Shown here in pieces: positions 52,296 to 61,590 of a stretch of 64,000 nt of DNA; within the stretch, counting starts at the first letter, position 1, and each line of letters begins with the position of its first letter. The notes under the pieces are model-generated. The model worked only from the letters and a program-made list of their open reading frames with translations. It ran no database searches and was not told the DNA's origin. The position numbers were made by a program, and so were the translations under genes. Origin of the DNA: an uncultured delta proteobacterium (GTDB lineage: Bacteria > Desulfobacterota > Syntrophia > Syntrophales > UBA2185); the NCBI GenBank assembly GCA_963695875.1, contig CAVOID010000015.1, positions 14,291 to 78,290 of the forward strand. Direction: 5' to 3'.

Positions 52296-52741
52296 AATGT
52301 CATCCTCCTTTTTTAATTCTTAATGACTTTGCTTAGTTGCTTACATCTTCCTGAACCTGTTTGCCGCAATTCGTCTTTAAGTTGATTATCACCTCCTTCA
52401 CTATTATTGAGAAACCTAATTATTACCCCTTTGAATGTCCTAAATAAATTCCCGTTGTCCATAAGTTTCCCTTAAATTATTATTAAAGAGGCCATGGACA
52501 TCCACCCGTGGTCTCAAAAAACACTCAGCTATCATTGATCTCCTAAAAATGAATAGGCGAGAATCACCACATTTCCAAGGAACAGGATTTCTTCATTAAA
52601 CAGTACGCTTTAATTACGTCTTTCTCCTGATTGTTAAATTAATTTTAGAAACTCTTTCATTTTATAAGAATTTTTATAAGAATGGAGCCAAAAAGACAAT
52701 ATTAAAAGATTAGTAAGTAATATTAAAAAATGATTAATATT

Positions 52742-55700
52742 TTAGATTAGCGATGATAGGTAAGACCGAAGATTATGCTTTTTTGTTAGGCTTAGTTTAC
52801 GTCTGATATGATAACGGTATACGTTGACTGCACTTTCAGAAACATTCAGGAATGATGCTATCTCTTTAGTAGTTTTCCCCTCATTGATAAGATTGGCGAT
52901 CTGCACTTCTCTATTGGTAAGATTCAAATATTTGACTGACAATTTCTGTGCAAAGGGGGATACGATGTCTTTTAAATTAGATTCGAGGACATTGATATAA
53001 GACATGCCCTTCAGATCCAAATGGTTTTTCATTTTTTCTATTTGGGGCAGAATAAGTACCTTTACGTTAGACAACACCTTTTGTTCGAGCTCGCTTCTAT
53101 CCTCCTCTCTCTGTTTCAGCAAAACTCTTAGGGCAGCGTTCAGGTCTTCAAGCTCAAGCGTCTTGGTCTCAAGCTCGTTTTCCCTATTCTCCAGCGCTTC
53201 CTCCGCCTGCTTGCGCTCGGTAATATCGCGGATCGACTCAATAGCACCCACGATGTCACCTTTGCTATCATAGAGGGGACTTGCCTTTGCCCAGAGAAAG
53301 GCCCTTCTCCACTTTAAAAAGGGAACCCACGTTTCCACGATCAGGAGATCCTTCTCCTTCTTGAGAATAGAATAATAACTCCGCTCAATTTTTTTATCCG
53401 GCTTCAGCACCAGATCAAGCAAGATAGGCCTTCGTATACTATAAAACGGCAGGGCATACTCATAGTCCCCTTTGCCCAGCATGTCGGAAGCCTTAACTCC
53501 CGTCATTTCCTCAATGGCACGATTCCAGGCAATAACCTTTCCCTGCCGGTCTATTGCAAGCGTCGCATCGGGCAAAAAATCTATGATATCCGCTAATCGC
53601 CTCTCTGATTCTCTCAGCGCCTCCTCCGCCTGCTTGCGCTTGGTGATATCTTTCCCTATGCCCAGGACCACATTCTTACCCTGCCAAGTCGTCGGTGTAA
53701 TGGTCATTTCCATAAATTTGATCTTGCCACGGATGTAGTACTCAGCTTCCACAGTGCCGCCCGATCTCCACAGGGCTTTATACAGCGCTCGCTCACGCCG
53801 TTCCTTGTTCGGAGCAAGGAAATCAAGCACATTTTTTGACAGAATTTCTTCCTGTGTACACTGGAAAAACTGAAGTGCTGCATTGTTGCAAGTGATATAA
53901 TTACCCTCCGAATCGATGACTAGAATGGGATTTACCGTACTCTCAAACAACGTACGGTATCTTTCCTCACTCTCTCTTATTGCCTCTTCAGCCCGCTTGC
54001 GGTCGGTAATGTCCCGGACAACAATACATATTACGTCCCGGCCCCCCAGGTTAAACATACTCGTGGATGCTTCTACGGGAAACACTGTTTCGTCATTTTT
54101 CCTATGATATCGAAGCGGTACTCTGTGCATTTTCCCGGCGATAGTTATCTCTATAGCTTTTTCTGATTCCTCCGGTTCCGCAGTGATATCTGCATATTTT
54201 AGCTTGAGAAATTCGCCCCTTGAGTAGCCATACAACCTTAAGGAGCTCTCATTTACATCGATGATCCGGCGCGTTTCCGCGTCAAAAATAAAAATGGCAT
54301 CCGGTACCGTTGTAAAAAGTTGCCGGTACTTTTCTTCACTCATTCGCAGCAACTCATCCAGCTGCTTGCGTTCGGTGATGTCCCGGATCGACTCTATGGC
54401 GCCTACAACGTCACCCTTGCTGTCATAAAGGGGACTTGCCTTGGCCCAGAGCACGTACTGTCCCCCTCTTAAAGGCACATCCGCTTCCGTCAAAAGTACA
54501 TCCCCTTCTTTCCTGATAAAACGATACTCCTTTTCAACCTCTTCATCATATCCGAAAACCAGATCGATCAGTATGGGCCTCCTGGCACCATAAAACGGCA
54601 AGGAATATTCGTAATTGCCTCTCCCCAGCATCTCGGAAGCCTTAACCCCTGTCATTTCCTCAATGGCACGATTCCAGGCAATTACCCTTCCCTCTCTGTC
54701 GATCGCCAGAGTAGCATCCGGCAGAAAATCAATAATGTCAGCCAACCGTCTCTCCGATTCTCTCAGCGCTTCCTCCACCCTCTTGCGCTCTGTTATATCC
54801 TTGGAAACTACAGTTACGGCCGTAGTTATTCCATCAGGATCTTTAACCGGACTTAATGTCCGAAGAAAGTATCTCCCATCTCTTCCGCTCCTGTGTTCAT
54901 GTTGAACGGCCTGCCCTGTCTCGAAAATGCGTTTCACGATTTCTGTAAATTCTCTCGCATCCTCTTTGGAATGGAACTCTTTGTAAGACCTTCCTTCCAT
55001 CTTGTCTAACGGAATACCAAACCTCAACAGATGTCCGTCATTCATGAACAGATACCTGCAATCTTTGTCAACCAGATACATCAAATCAACGGTGGATGCG
55101 AGGGACCGGTATTTCTCCTCTGATTCCTGGATTATTCTTTCTGCCTTTTTGTGCTCGGTTATGTCCCTGATTGACTCAATGGCTCCTACGACGTCACCCT
55201 TGCTGTCGTAAAGGGGACTTGCCTTTGCCCAGAGCACATACTGTCCTCCCCCTAAAGGCACATCCGCTTCGGTCAATAGGACATCTCCCTCTTTTTTTAT
55301 AAAACGATACTCCTTCTCAATCTCTTCATCATATCCGAACACCAGATCGATAAGTATGGGCCTGCGAATGCCGTAAAATGGCAAGGAATATTCGTGATTC
55401 CCTTTTCCCAGCATCTCGGAAGCCTTAACCCCCGTCATCTCCTCTATGGCGCGATTCCACGCAATAACCTTCCCCTTACGATCAATCGCCAGCGTTGCGT
55501 CAGGGAGAAAATCAATAATATACGCCAACCGCCTCTCCGATTCCCTCAGCGCCTCCTCGGCCTGCTTCCGCTCCGTAACGTCTATGGCATTACCTAAGAT
55601 AGCCCGCCTGCCATTGTATTGAATCGGAGAGACTATTTGAATTATGAACCTGATCTTGCCCTCTTTGGTCACCATTCTGAATTCATACGGCGAAGAGTCT

Positions 55701-56008
55701 CTACCCTGCAGCATCTCACGAGCCTTGTCCTTTACCATTTCCCTATCGGCCGGATGAACGATGATATCGGAATTCTGGCCTATGAGCTCTTCCGCAGTAT
55801 AACCGGCATAAACAATAGCACTTGTGTTAATATAGCGGAATCTTCCATCCTGTACGATAAACGCGGCAGCTAATGATTTTTCTGTGAGGCTTCTAAAGAG
55901 CTGCTCATTCTCCCGGAGCTTTCCTTCCGCCTCCACACGCCCAGTGGATACTGTTTCCGGACTTGATGCTTTTTGAAGTGGATTTTTGCCAAATGGTTTT
56001 TCCGACAT
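52742..56008 (-). CDS. Multi-PAS (at least 6 modules) / coiled-coil / LuxR-HTH regulator, paralog of 5447-6835
   Basis: Intact 1088-aa ORF. C-terminus reads LEDLNAALRVLLKQREEDR...LTNREVQIANLINEGKTTKEIASFLNVSESAVNVYRYHIRRKLSL. Confidence 0.85.
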   Translation of the reverse strand: MSEKPFGKNPLQKASSPETVSTGRVEAEGKLRENEQLFRSLTEKSLAAAFIVQDGRFRYINTSAIVYAGYTAEELIGQNSDIIVHPADREMVKDKAREMLQGRDSSPYEFRMVTKEGKIRFIIQIVSPIQYNGRRAILGNAIDVTERKQAEEALRESERRLAYIIDFLPDATLAIDRKGKVIAWNRAIEEMTGVKASEMLGKGNHEYSLPFYGIRRPILIDLVFGYDEEIEKEYRFIKKEGDVLLTEADVPLGGGQYVLWAKASPLYDSKGDVVGAIESIRDITEHKKAERIIQESEEKYRSLASTVDLMYLVDKDCRYLFMNDGHLLRFGIPLDKMEGRSYKEFHSKEDAREFTEIVKRIFETGQAVQHEHRSGRDGRYFLRTLSPVKDPDGITTAVTVVSKDITERKRVEEALRESERRLADIIDFLPDATLAIDREGRVIAWNRAIEEMTGVKASEMLGRGNYEYSLPFYGARRPILIDLVFGYDEEVEKEYRFIRKEGDVLLTEADVPLRGGQYVLWAKASPLYDSKGDVVGAIESIRDITERKQLDELLRMSEEKYRQLFTTVPDAIFIFDAETRRIIDVNESSLRLYGYSRGEFLKLKYADITAEPEESEKAIEITIAGKMHRVPLRYHRKNDETVFPVEASTSMFNLGGRDVICIVVRDITDRKRAEEAIRESEERYRTLFESTVNPILVIDSEGNYITCNNAALQFFQCTQEEILSKNVLDFLAPNKERRERALYKALWRSGGTVEAEYYIRGKIKFMEMTITPTTWQGKNVVLGIGKDITKRKQAEEALRESERRLADIIDFLPDATLAIDRQGKVIAWNRAIEEMTGVKASDMLGKGDYEYALPFYSIRRPILLDLVLKPDKKIERSYYSILKKEKDLLIVETWVPFLKWRRAFLWAKASPLYDSKGDIVGAIESIRDITERKQAEEALENRENELETKTLELEDLNAALRVLLKQREEDRSELEQKVLSNVKVLILPQIEKMKNHLDLKGMSYINVLESNLKDIVSPFAQKLSVKYLNLTNREVQIANLINEGKTTKEIASFLNVSESAVNVYRYHIRRKLSLTKKHNLRSYLSSLI
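53216..53641 (-). repeat. Intragenic ~420-nt repeat, copy 3 (more diverged)
   Basis: Encodes RKQAEEALRESERRLADIIDFLPDATLAIDRQGKVIAWNRAIEEMTGVKASDMLGKG...WAKASPLYDSKGDIVGAIESIRDITE. Confidence 0.8.
54371..54790 (-). repeat. Intragenic ~420-nt repeat, copy 2
   Basis: Encodes ERKRVEEALRESERRLADIIDFLPDATLAIDREGRVIAWNRAIEEMTGVKASEMLGRG...GGQYVLWAKASPLYDSKGDVVGAIESIRDITE. Confidence 0.8.
55154..55573 (-). repeat. Intragenic ~420-nt repeat, copy 1
   Basis: Encodes ERKQAEEALRESERRLAYIIDFLPDATLAIDRKGKVIAWNRAIEEMTGVKASEMLGKG...GGQYVLWAKASPLYDSKGDVVGAIESIRDITE. Confidence 0.8.
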
Positions 56009-56338
56009 TTATGATTCTCCATCTCCTAAAATCAACCATCCATTAGAAATGGCATTGTAAGAAGTATTATCCATGATAGCTTTATTGCCGCATACCTATA
56101 TATTAAATATATATTTTTTAATTGTGGCTACAGGCTCCTTAGAGATGAAGCCGGAATCACTTTTTCTTCAATTGCAGGATGATATCCATTTAGAGTATTT
56201 TTAACGCAATTTGTCTCAAGAAGTAAAGATTTTTTACTCATAATTGACGGTACCGGGAAAAGTCTCCCCGTTTCACACTAGTTTCCCATTACGGGGCATA
56301 GATAAATGTTCTTATAAAAAAAACAAATTGGATTATCA

Positions 56339-56367
56339 TTGACAACCCACCGTCTCTTTTCTATACT
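56339..56367 (+). promoter_or_regulatory. Near-consensus sigma70-type promoter (TTGACA-17 nt-TATACT)
   Basis: TTGACA at 56339-56344, a 17-nt spacer, TATACT at 56362-56367. It sits in a ~800-nt gene-poor gap and faces the gene at 56826. Confidence 0.4.
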
Positions 56368-56516
56368 ATTCAACATAGCAGAAGCTGAATTTATGAAAGA
56401 AAATAAATATTAGTTCCAAAAATAAGGGTGCAGTTTGGCATGGAACCCCGGCGTAGCCCACAAAATACTATAAAGATGAACCACCAGGAAGAACTTAGAG
56501 ACATAAATTTGAAGCT

Positions 56517-56536
56517 CTCCGGAGCAAGCTCCGGAG
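56517..56536. repeat. REP-like hairpin, copy 3 (CTCCGGAG-CAAG-CTCCGGAG)
   Basis: Perfect 8-bp stem with the same GCAAGC core as the other copies. Confidence 0.5.
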
Positions 56537-56569
56537 AATCTCCAATCCTTGAGGAAGAATCTTCAAACA

Positions 56570-56625
56570 TGATTCACTCGCTTCCCCCGCAGCAAGCTAC
56601 ATGGAATGCGCTCGCTGTCGGATTC
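56570..56625. repeat. REP-like element, copy 4 (hairpin CCCCGCAGCAAGCTACATGG at 56585-56604)
   Basis: About 55 nt homologous to rc of 14009-14063 (TCxCTCGCTTxCCCCGCAGCAAGCTACxxGGAATxCGCTCGCTGxCGGATTCA). Confidence 0.6.
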
Positions 56626-56825
56626 AGGATTGATTGGCAGGGTTACAATACCGATGATCCCAGGACTCGCGAGGAAAGAGTTGATGTATCTCCTGCCGGC
56701 ACTGAGGGAATCTTTATAGATCTGGAATCTCCCGAAAATGACTGTGAAAAGGCATAATGTAAATTATACCAATTGTCTCGCAATACCACAAAGAACAATA
56801 TATCCAAGGGTACATTTTCGAGGGT

Positions 56826-57131
56826 ATGTCTATGTTTGAAGAAACCGCAGGACTATGGATACGTGAAATGATCCAGGAATGCAAATTACAAGGGGACGAC
56901 CAAGAATTCCTGAGGCAACTCACTGAAGATTACGCACGCCGACTTGAAGATATTTTTTATTGTGAGGTTAGAAATAATTTAGAAAAATCAGGAAAGGTAG
57001 AGGAATTTGAAAGAATGCTGCTCTATGATAGTCAATATATAAATAAGTATTTGAACCAGCTTATTCCCGGTTACACAGGTTTTAAGGCAGATACCTTTGA
57101 AAAAGCAAAAAAGATGATCCTGGAAACTTGA
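56826..57131 (+). CDS. Hypothetical protein
   Basis: 101-aa ORF, 18 nt upstream of the next gene. No recognised motif. Confidence 0.4.
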   Translation: MSMFEETAGLWIREMIQECKLQGDDQEFLRQLTEDYARRLEDIFYCEVRNNLEKSGKVEEFERMLLYDSQYINKYLNQLIPGYTGFKADTFEKAKKMILET

Positions 57132-57149
57132 AAGGCTGGGAAGGCATTC

Positions 57150-57899
57150 ATGAGAGTTATCTTCCTGGGCACCAACGGCTGGTATGATACTGATACCGGT
57201 AACACTATCTGCATACTTATAAGAACAACGGATTATGAGATTATATTGGATGCCGGAAATGGATTTTATAAAATAGACCAGTATATCCCGAAAGGGAATT
57301 CGAAGCCCGTCTATCTCTTCCTAAGCCATTTTCATTTAGACCACATCGTAGGCTTACATACACTGATGAAATTCGATTTCTCCCTTGGTCTGACCATTTG
57401 CGGTCCAACCGGCACGAGGGACATCATGGGAACATTTATCAATAACCCTTTCTCGGCGTCCTTTTCACAACTCCCATTCTCAGTAATCATATATGAACTG
57501 CCTGAAGAACACTCTAAGCTTCCCTTCAGAGTTGAAGCCAAAGAACTCTACCATGCTTCCCTTACTTTAGGATACAGGATCGAGATAGAAGGGAAGGTGA
57601 TAAGTTACTGTCCTGATACAGGTTACTGTGAGAATGCCGTCGATCTAGCTAGATCGTCAGATCTCTTGATAGCTGAATGCGCATATAAAAAAGGTCAGTC
57701 CTCTGAAAGCTGGCCGCATCTTAACCCGGAAACTGCTGCAAGGATTGCCAGGGAAGCCAAAGCAAAAAGTTTAGCCCTTGTTCACTTCGATGCTGAAACA
57801 TATAAAACTATAGCGGAAAGAAAAGAATCAGAGAGGGTGGCCCAAGAAATATTCAAGAACGCATTTATAACAACCGATACTATGGCAATAGAAATATAA
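57150..57899 (+). CDS. MBL-fold metallo-hydrolase (RNase Z/BN-like)
   Basis: HxHxDH motif LSHFHLDHIVG, and a later conserved His/Asp (LVHFD). Confidence 0.8.
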   Translation: MRVIFLGTNGWYDTDTGNTICILIRTTDYEIILDAGNGFYKIDQYIPKGNSKPVYLFLSHFHLDHIVGLHTLMKFDFSLGLTICGPTGTRDIMGTFINNPFSASFSQLPFSVIIYELPEEHSKLPFRVEAKELYHASLTLGYRIEIEGKVISYCPDTGYCENAVDLARSSDLLIAECAYKKGQSSESWPHLNPETAARIAREAKAKSLALVHFDAETYKTIAERKESERVAQEIFKNAFITTDTMAIEI

Positions 57900-57932
57900 G
57901 CTCCGGCGCACTCAGGATTAAGGAGAGCTTTC

Positions 57933-58322
57933 ATGGTGAAAAAAATACTGGTAGTCGATGACGACGCATCGGTTCGGGATTTGCTTAAAGATACTTTCTG
58001 TAATGAAGGTTATAAAGTCCAACTGGCAGAAGGGGCCGAGCCGGCCTTTGAAATTCTGAAAGAAGAAAACATTAAGGTCATATTTCTGGATCTCAAGCTA
58101 TTCGGGATGAACGGCATAGAGCTGTGCAAACAAATAAAGAAAAACAACCCCACTGCTATTATCTTCGCGATGACCGGCTGGGCAGCATTATACGATATAG
58201 AGGAATGCAGGGAGGCCGGATTCGATGACTTCTTCACAAAACCGGTCCAGATTGATATGCTTTTGAAGGCTGTTGATGATGCATTTGAAAAGCTCGATCG
58301 CTGGCGAATAAAGTATCGTTAA
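57933..58322 (+). CDS. Stand-alone response-regulator receiver protein
   Basis: Reads KILVVDDDASVRDLL...VIFLDLKLFGMNG...IIFAMTGWA...FFTKP. Confidence 0.85.
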   Translation: MVKKILVVDDDASVRDLLKDTFCNEGYKVQLAEGAEPAFEILKEENIKVIFLDLKLFGMNGIELCKQIKKNNPTAIIFAMTGWAALYDIEECREAGFDDFFTKPVQIDMLLKAVDDAFEKLDRWRIKYR

Positions 58323-58372
58323 TTTCTTTAAAACGAGATGCCCTGTTCGAGCTTCTCGTCGAATCGGTGCTC

Positions 58373-59167
58373 TTATTTTTGCATATTAAATGATTCCGCG
58401 GCATATTTATACTGCATCGGCAGCAGAATGATACTTATCCTTCTGTTACGCGGGTCATTCGGGTAAAGCTTGATCAACAAATCGTTATCCGCATATCCTA
58501 TTACTTTGGCAATCCTGTCCGGCGTTATTCCGTCATTTTCAAGAACCCTTCTTGCCGCCGACGCCCTGGCGGTAGAGAGTTCCCAGTTAGTCATTTCACC
58601 GCCTCTATAAGGAAGCGCATCGGTATGTCCTTCAACAACAATTTTATTTGGTGTCTCTTTTATCGTTTCAGACACCAGCGACAGTATTTCTAACGCCTTG
58701 TCGGTGGGCTTTGCACTGCCCAGAAGAAACATTTGGCTCCCCTCATTATCTACAATCTGGATCCTGACAGCTCCTTCATGAACATCGACGAGAACCTGAT
58801 CTTTCAGTGTTTTTAGGTTCGTGTCCACTGCTGTTTTAATTTTTGTTTTCAATTTCTCAGGAGATATCTCTTCTTTCTTCCCCGGTGCCACATCCGAAGT
58901 TCGGCCCAGACCCCTTTGTTCAAGGATTCCCGCTCCCCCCCTTGTAAACGTCTCCCCCTGTTCTTTGAAAACGTTGAATTCCTTGAAGTACTGCGATAAT
59001 GCGGCCCTTCTGTCAGGAGATACCATTGAGAGTAACCAGAGCAGTAAAAAAAAGGCCATCATCGCCGTAACAAAGTCCGCATAGGCAACCTTCCATTGTC
59101 CACCATGGTGTGCCGCATGTTTCTTTATCTTCTTGACAACAATGATAGGTCTTAATCTTTCAGCCAT
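58373..59167 (-). CDS. motB: Flagellar stator protein MotB (OmpA-like C-terminus)
   Basis: Reads GGQWKVAYADFVTAMMAFFLLLWLLS (plug/TM with the conserved Asp) and C-terminal VEGHTDALPY...NWELSTARASAARRVL. Confidence 0.85.
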   Translation of the reverse strand: MAERLRPIIVVKKIKKHAAHHGGQWKVAYADFVTAMMAFFLLLWLLSMVSPDRRAALSQYFKEFNVFKEQGETFTRGGAGILEQRGLGRTSDVAPGKKEEISPEKLKTKIKTAVDTNLKTLKDQVLVDVHEGAVRIQIVDNEGSQMFLLGSAKPTDKALEILSLVSETIKETPNKIVVEGHTDALPYRGGEMTNWELSTARASAARRVLENDGITPDRIAKVIGYADNDLLIKLYPNDPRNRRISIILLPMQYKYAAESFNMQK

Positions 59168-60027
59168 TATTTCCTTACCTTCCTCACAGCTTCCTCAACT
59201 TCTATAAAGCTAGGCCTCTGCTTTGCCGGAATGACCCTCCGTCCGAATTCGATCGCAACCATTGGTGCTGCATTATTGCTTACAAAGGACTTGAGGGCAA
59301 TTTTCAGGACATTCAAATATTGTAGTTCTTCCTGAGCAATAAATTCCAGGTTCTTTGCAACAGGCCCTACAAAGCCATAGCACATCAAGACCCCGAGGAA
59401 CGTACCTACCAGTGCCGCTCCAATACTGTGTCCCAAAACCTCCGGCGGTTCACCTATCTTCCCCATGGTTAAGACGACCCCTAATACGGCAGCTACGATA
59501 CCAAGTCCGGGTAAGGCATCTGCTGTGGTCGCCATGCTTTTCGACGGTATCAGGGCATCTTCATGATGTTCTTCCAGTTCAGTCTCCATCAGTGATTCCA
59601 GCTCGTGTGGCTCAATCGTAGTCGTTATGACCATTCTCAATGTATCCGTAATAAAGGTAATGGCATGGTGGTTTTTAAGGATCTTCGGATAATTTTTGAA
59701 AATTGAACTTTCGTCCGGCGCATCCACATCGCCTTCAATAGACACCAAACCCTGCTTTCTGATCTTGTAAAATATCTCGCTCAATAACATCAGGATTTCC
59801 AGGTAATCAGCTTTTAAATAGGGTTTGTTATTGAATATTGTTAAAACGCTGCCCGCGGTTGATTTAATTACCCTCATAGGTGATGCAATCAGAAAGGCTC
59901 CAAAGGCTGCACCAAATATAATAAGCACCTCGGCAGGCTGGAGCAGAACATAAAGGTTACCGTGCTCCATGAGATAGCCGCCGGCGATGGCCCCTGTAAC
60001 AACTATGAATCCTATCACAACTATCAT
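59167..60027 (-). CDS. motA: Flagellar stator protein MotA
   Basis: 286 aa with 4 TM segments. Reads ALPGLGIVAAVLGVVLTMG...GAALVGTFLGVLMCYG. Its stop overlaps the motB start. Confidence 0.85.
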   Translation of the reverse strand: MIVVIGFIVVTGAIAGGYLMEHGNLYVLLQPAEVLIIFGAAFGAFLIASPMRVIKSTAGSVLTIFNNKPYLKADYLEILMLLSEIFYKIRKQGLVSIEGDVDAPDESSIFKNYPKILKNHHAITFITDTLRMVITTTIEPHELESLMETELEEHHEDALIPSKSMATTADALPGLGIVAAVLGVVLTMGKIGEPPEVLGHSIGAALVGTFLGVLMCYGFVGPVAKNLEFIAQEELQYLNVLKIALKSFVSNNAAPMVAIEFGRRVIPAKQRPSFIEVEEAVRKVRK

Positions 60028-60040
60028 ATATTATTTAAAA

Positions 60041-60565
60041 CTATCCCCTTTTCGCACTCAGGATCTCCCTCTGTCTTCTGAAGACGAATTTTATGATCTC
60101 ATCTCTTATATCATCACTCATTTCCGTAAACTTGACGGCCGTATTGAAGTGATCACCTTCCTGTTCAGACTTGACCACATCGCCATATAAGTAAAGAGCC
60201 ACGTGAGGGTACATGTAAAGCAACATCTTTATTTCCAGGAAATCGCCCTTATTGTACTTTCCCTTGGACTTGAAACCCATCCCGTTGCCGCTGATATTCA
60301 ACATTTGGTAGGTTAAAGTGCTGAACCCTTCACGTTCGACCGAGAGGGAACTGATGATCGAGTCAAGTTTTGCATTTAACATATCAAGCCACTGTGCCAG
60401 AAGCTTGTCGTCCGGTTCAGGCGGTTTCGCAAAATCGTTTAGGACTGCCACTCCGGAAATTCGAGGTCTGCGGACCTGCCGCTCTGCCGGTGGAACGAGA
60501 CGAATCTCAAATGGTAGATATGCAGTTACCCTGGCGTATTCTCTCTTGTCATCAACATAATCCAT
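60041..60565 (-). CDS. PilZ-domain (c-di-GMP-binding, YcgR-like) protein
   Basis: RxxxR-like REYARV...RRPRISG and the D/NxSxxG motif NISGNGMGF. Located directly upstream of motAB. Confidence 0.7.
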   Translation of the reverse strand: MDYVDDKREYARVTAYLPFEIRLVPPAERQVRRPRISGVAVLNDFAKPPEPDDKLLAQWLDMLNAKLDSIISSLSVEREGFSTLTYQMLNISGNGMGFKSKGKYNKGDFLEIKMLLYMYPHVALYLYGDVVKSEQEGDHFNTAVKFTEMSDDIRDEIIKFVFRRQREILSAKRG

Positions 60566-60661
60566 AATCTAACTCCGATTTATGTAAGGGCCATAATCCT
60601 TCGACGATTTCGTAAAGAGTCTCCCTGCCCGCATCAGAGGCAGGCTTCTGCTGAAGAAAAC

Positions 60662-61129
60662 TTATTGCGGATCACCCATACATACATCCACCACGAATGG
60701 TCCTTCATCCATTTCAAAAGGAATAACAACGCTGGGACCACCCAGCACATGCGTAATTGAATGTTCTTTACCTGAAACGACAGTCGGAATGGAGGCAGAT
60801 AGACTATAGCCCATCGCTTCAATTTTTTTCCTTGCCGCACCGGATACCATATTCGTGATCTCGCCAACAGCATCCCTGATATCCCCATTGATAGAGGTCA
60901 TCTCCTCACCCAGCATGTTTGATACTATTTTAAGTATACTGCCAGCAGAGAAACTCAAGGCAAGCGAACCCTTTATCGTTCCTGTGATACCGATAATTCC
61001 GGAAACATCACCTTTGGCTAAATTGTTCTTCTTGAGATAAGGCTTACCGGGCCTGGGGTTCACAAAGGCCATCGTTGTTAATACCTCAATGGTTCCCTCC
61101 AGAAAGGGATTAATAAATTTAACATCCAT
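60662..61129 (-). CDS. cheX: CheX-type chemotaxis phosphatase
   Basis: Reads MDVKFINPFLEGTIEVLTTMA...GDVSGIIGITG...DAVGEITNMVSGAAR. Confidence 0.75.
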   Translation of the reverse strand: MDVKFINPFLEGTIEVLTTMAFVNPRPGKPYLKKNNLAKGDVSGIIGITGTIKGSLALSFSAGSILKIVSNMLGEEMTSINGDIRDAVGEITNMVSGAARKKIEAMGYSLSASIPTVVSGKEHSITHVLGGPSVVIPFEMDEGPFVVDVCMGDPQ

Positions 61130-61536
61130 GACTCAATGCCTTTCAAAATTATTTGATAGTTCTTCATGATCTTGTCTATTTTTTCACCGAGGACTTCGTG
61201 AGTAAATGGTTTCACGATATAATCGTTCACACCGGCTTTAACCGCTTCCACCACATTTTCCTTAAGGGACTCCGCTGTCACCATAAGAAAAGGCATTGCG
61301 CTCAGCTCACTATCTGACCTGACAGCCCTTAAAAGCTCAATCCCCGTCATATTGGGCATATTCCAGTCGGAGATGACAAAATCTATTTTTGTCGACTTCA
61401 GTTCCTTCAAAGCAAGCACACCGTCCTCAGCTTCGGTAACATTTTCAAAGCCGGACTGTTTCAAAAGGTTCCTTATAACTTTTCTCATTGTTGCAAAGTC
61501 ATCGACTACCAAGATTTTAATTTTTTTAACATCCAT
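61078..61536 (-). CDS. cheY: Chemotaxis response regulator CheY (3' end overlaps cheX by 52 nt as assembled)
   Basis: Reads KILVVDDFATMRKVIRNLL...FVISDWNMPNMTG...FLMVTAE...YIVKPFT. Confidence 0.85.
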   Translation of the reverse strand: MDVKKIKILVVDDFATMRKVIRNLLKQSGFENVTEAEDGVLALKELKSTKIDFVISDWNMPNMTGIELLRAVRSDSELSAMPFLMVTAESLKENVVEAVKAGVNDYIVKPFTHEVLGEKIDKIMKNYQIILKGIESWMLNLLIPFWREPLRY

Positions 61537-61590
61537 AATGCTTCCTCCCGCGTTAGATCAATTCCTCAAGTTTCTTTTACTTTGAAAACT

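Noticed and set aside
56428-56757. 109-aa ORF as a protein-coding gene
   Set aside because: It has a GTG start without an SD. It is built across two REP-like palindromes whose translation (SLPPQQATWNALAVGF) also appears in the antisense ORF 13893-14075. Its composition is atypical. It is probably a by-product of repeats in a leader or ncRNA.
56370-56825. Known structured RNA (RNase P, tmRNA, 6S, group II intron)
   Set aside because: GAGGAAAG occurs once, but the RNase P P4 context (GAGGAAAGTCCGGGC) is absent. I found no tmRNA tag ORF or tRNA-like 3' end, no GTGYG...AY intron boundaries and no RT ORF.
61078-61129. The 52-nt cheY/cheX overlap as another frameshift
   Set aside because: The CheY frame through helix 5 (…THEVLGEKIDKIMKNY…) looks correct. 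Shifting at the nearby A6 run would truncate the domain. The overlap may be real, or the true stop may have been lost to an error. It cannot be decided from the sequence alone.
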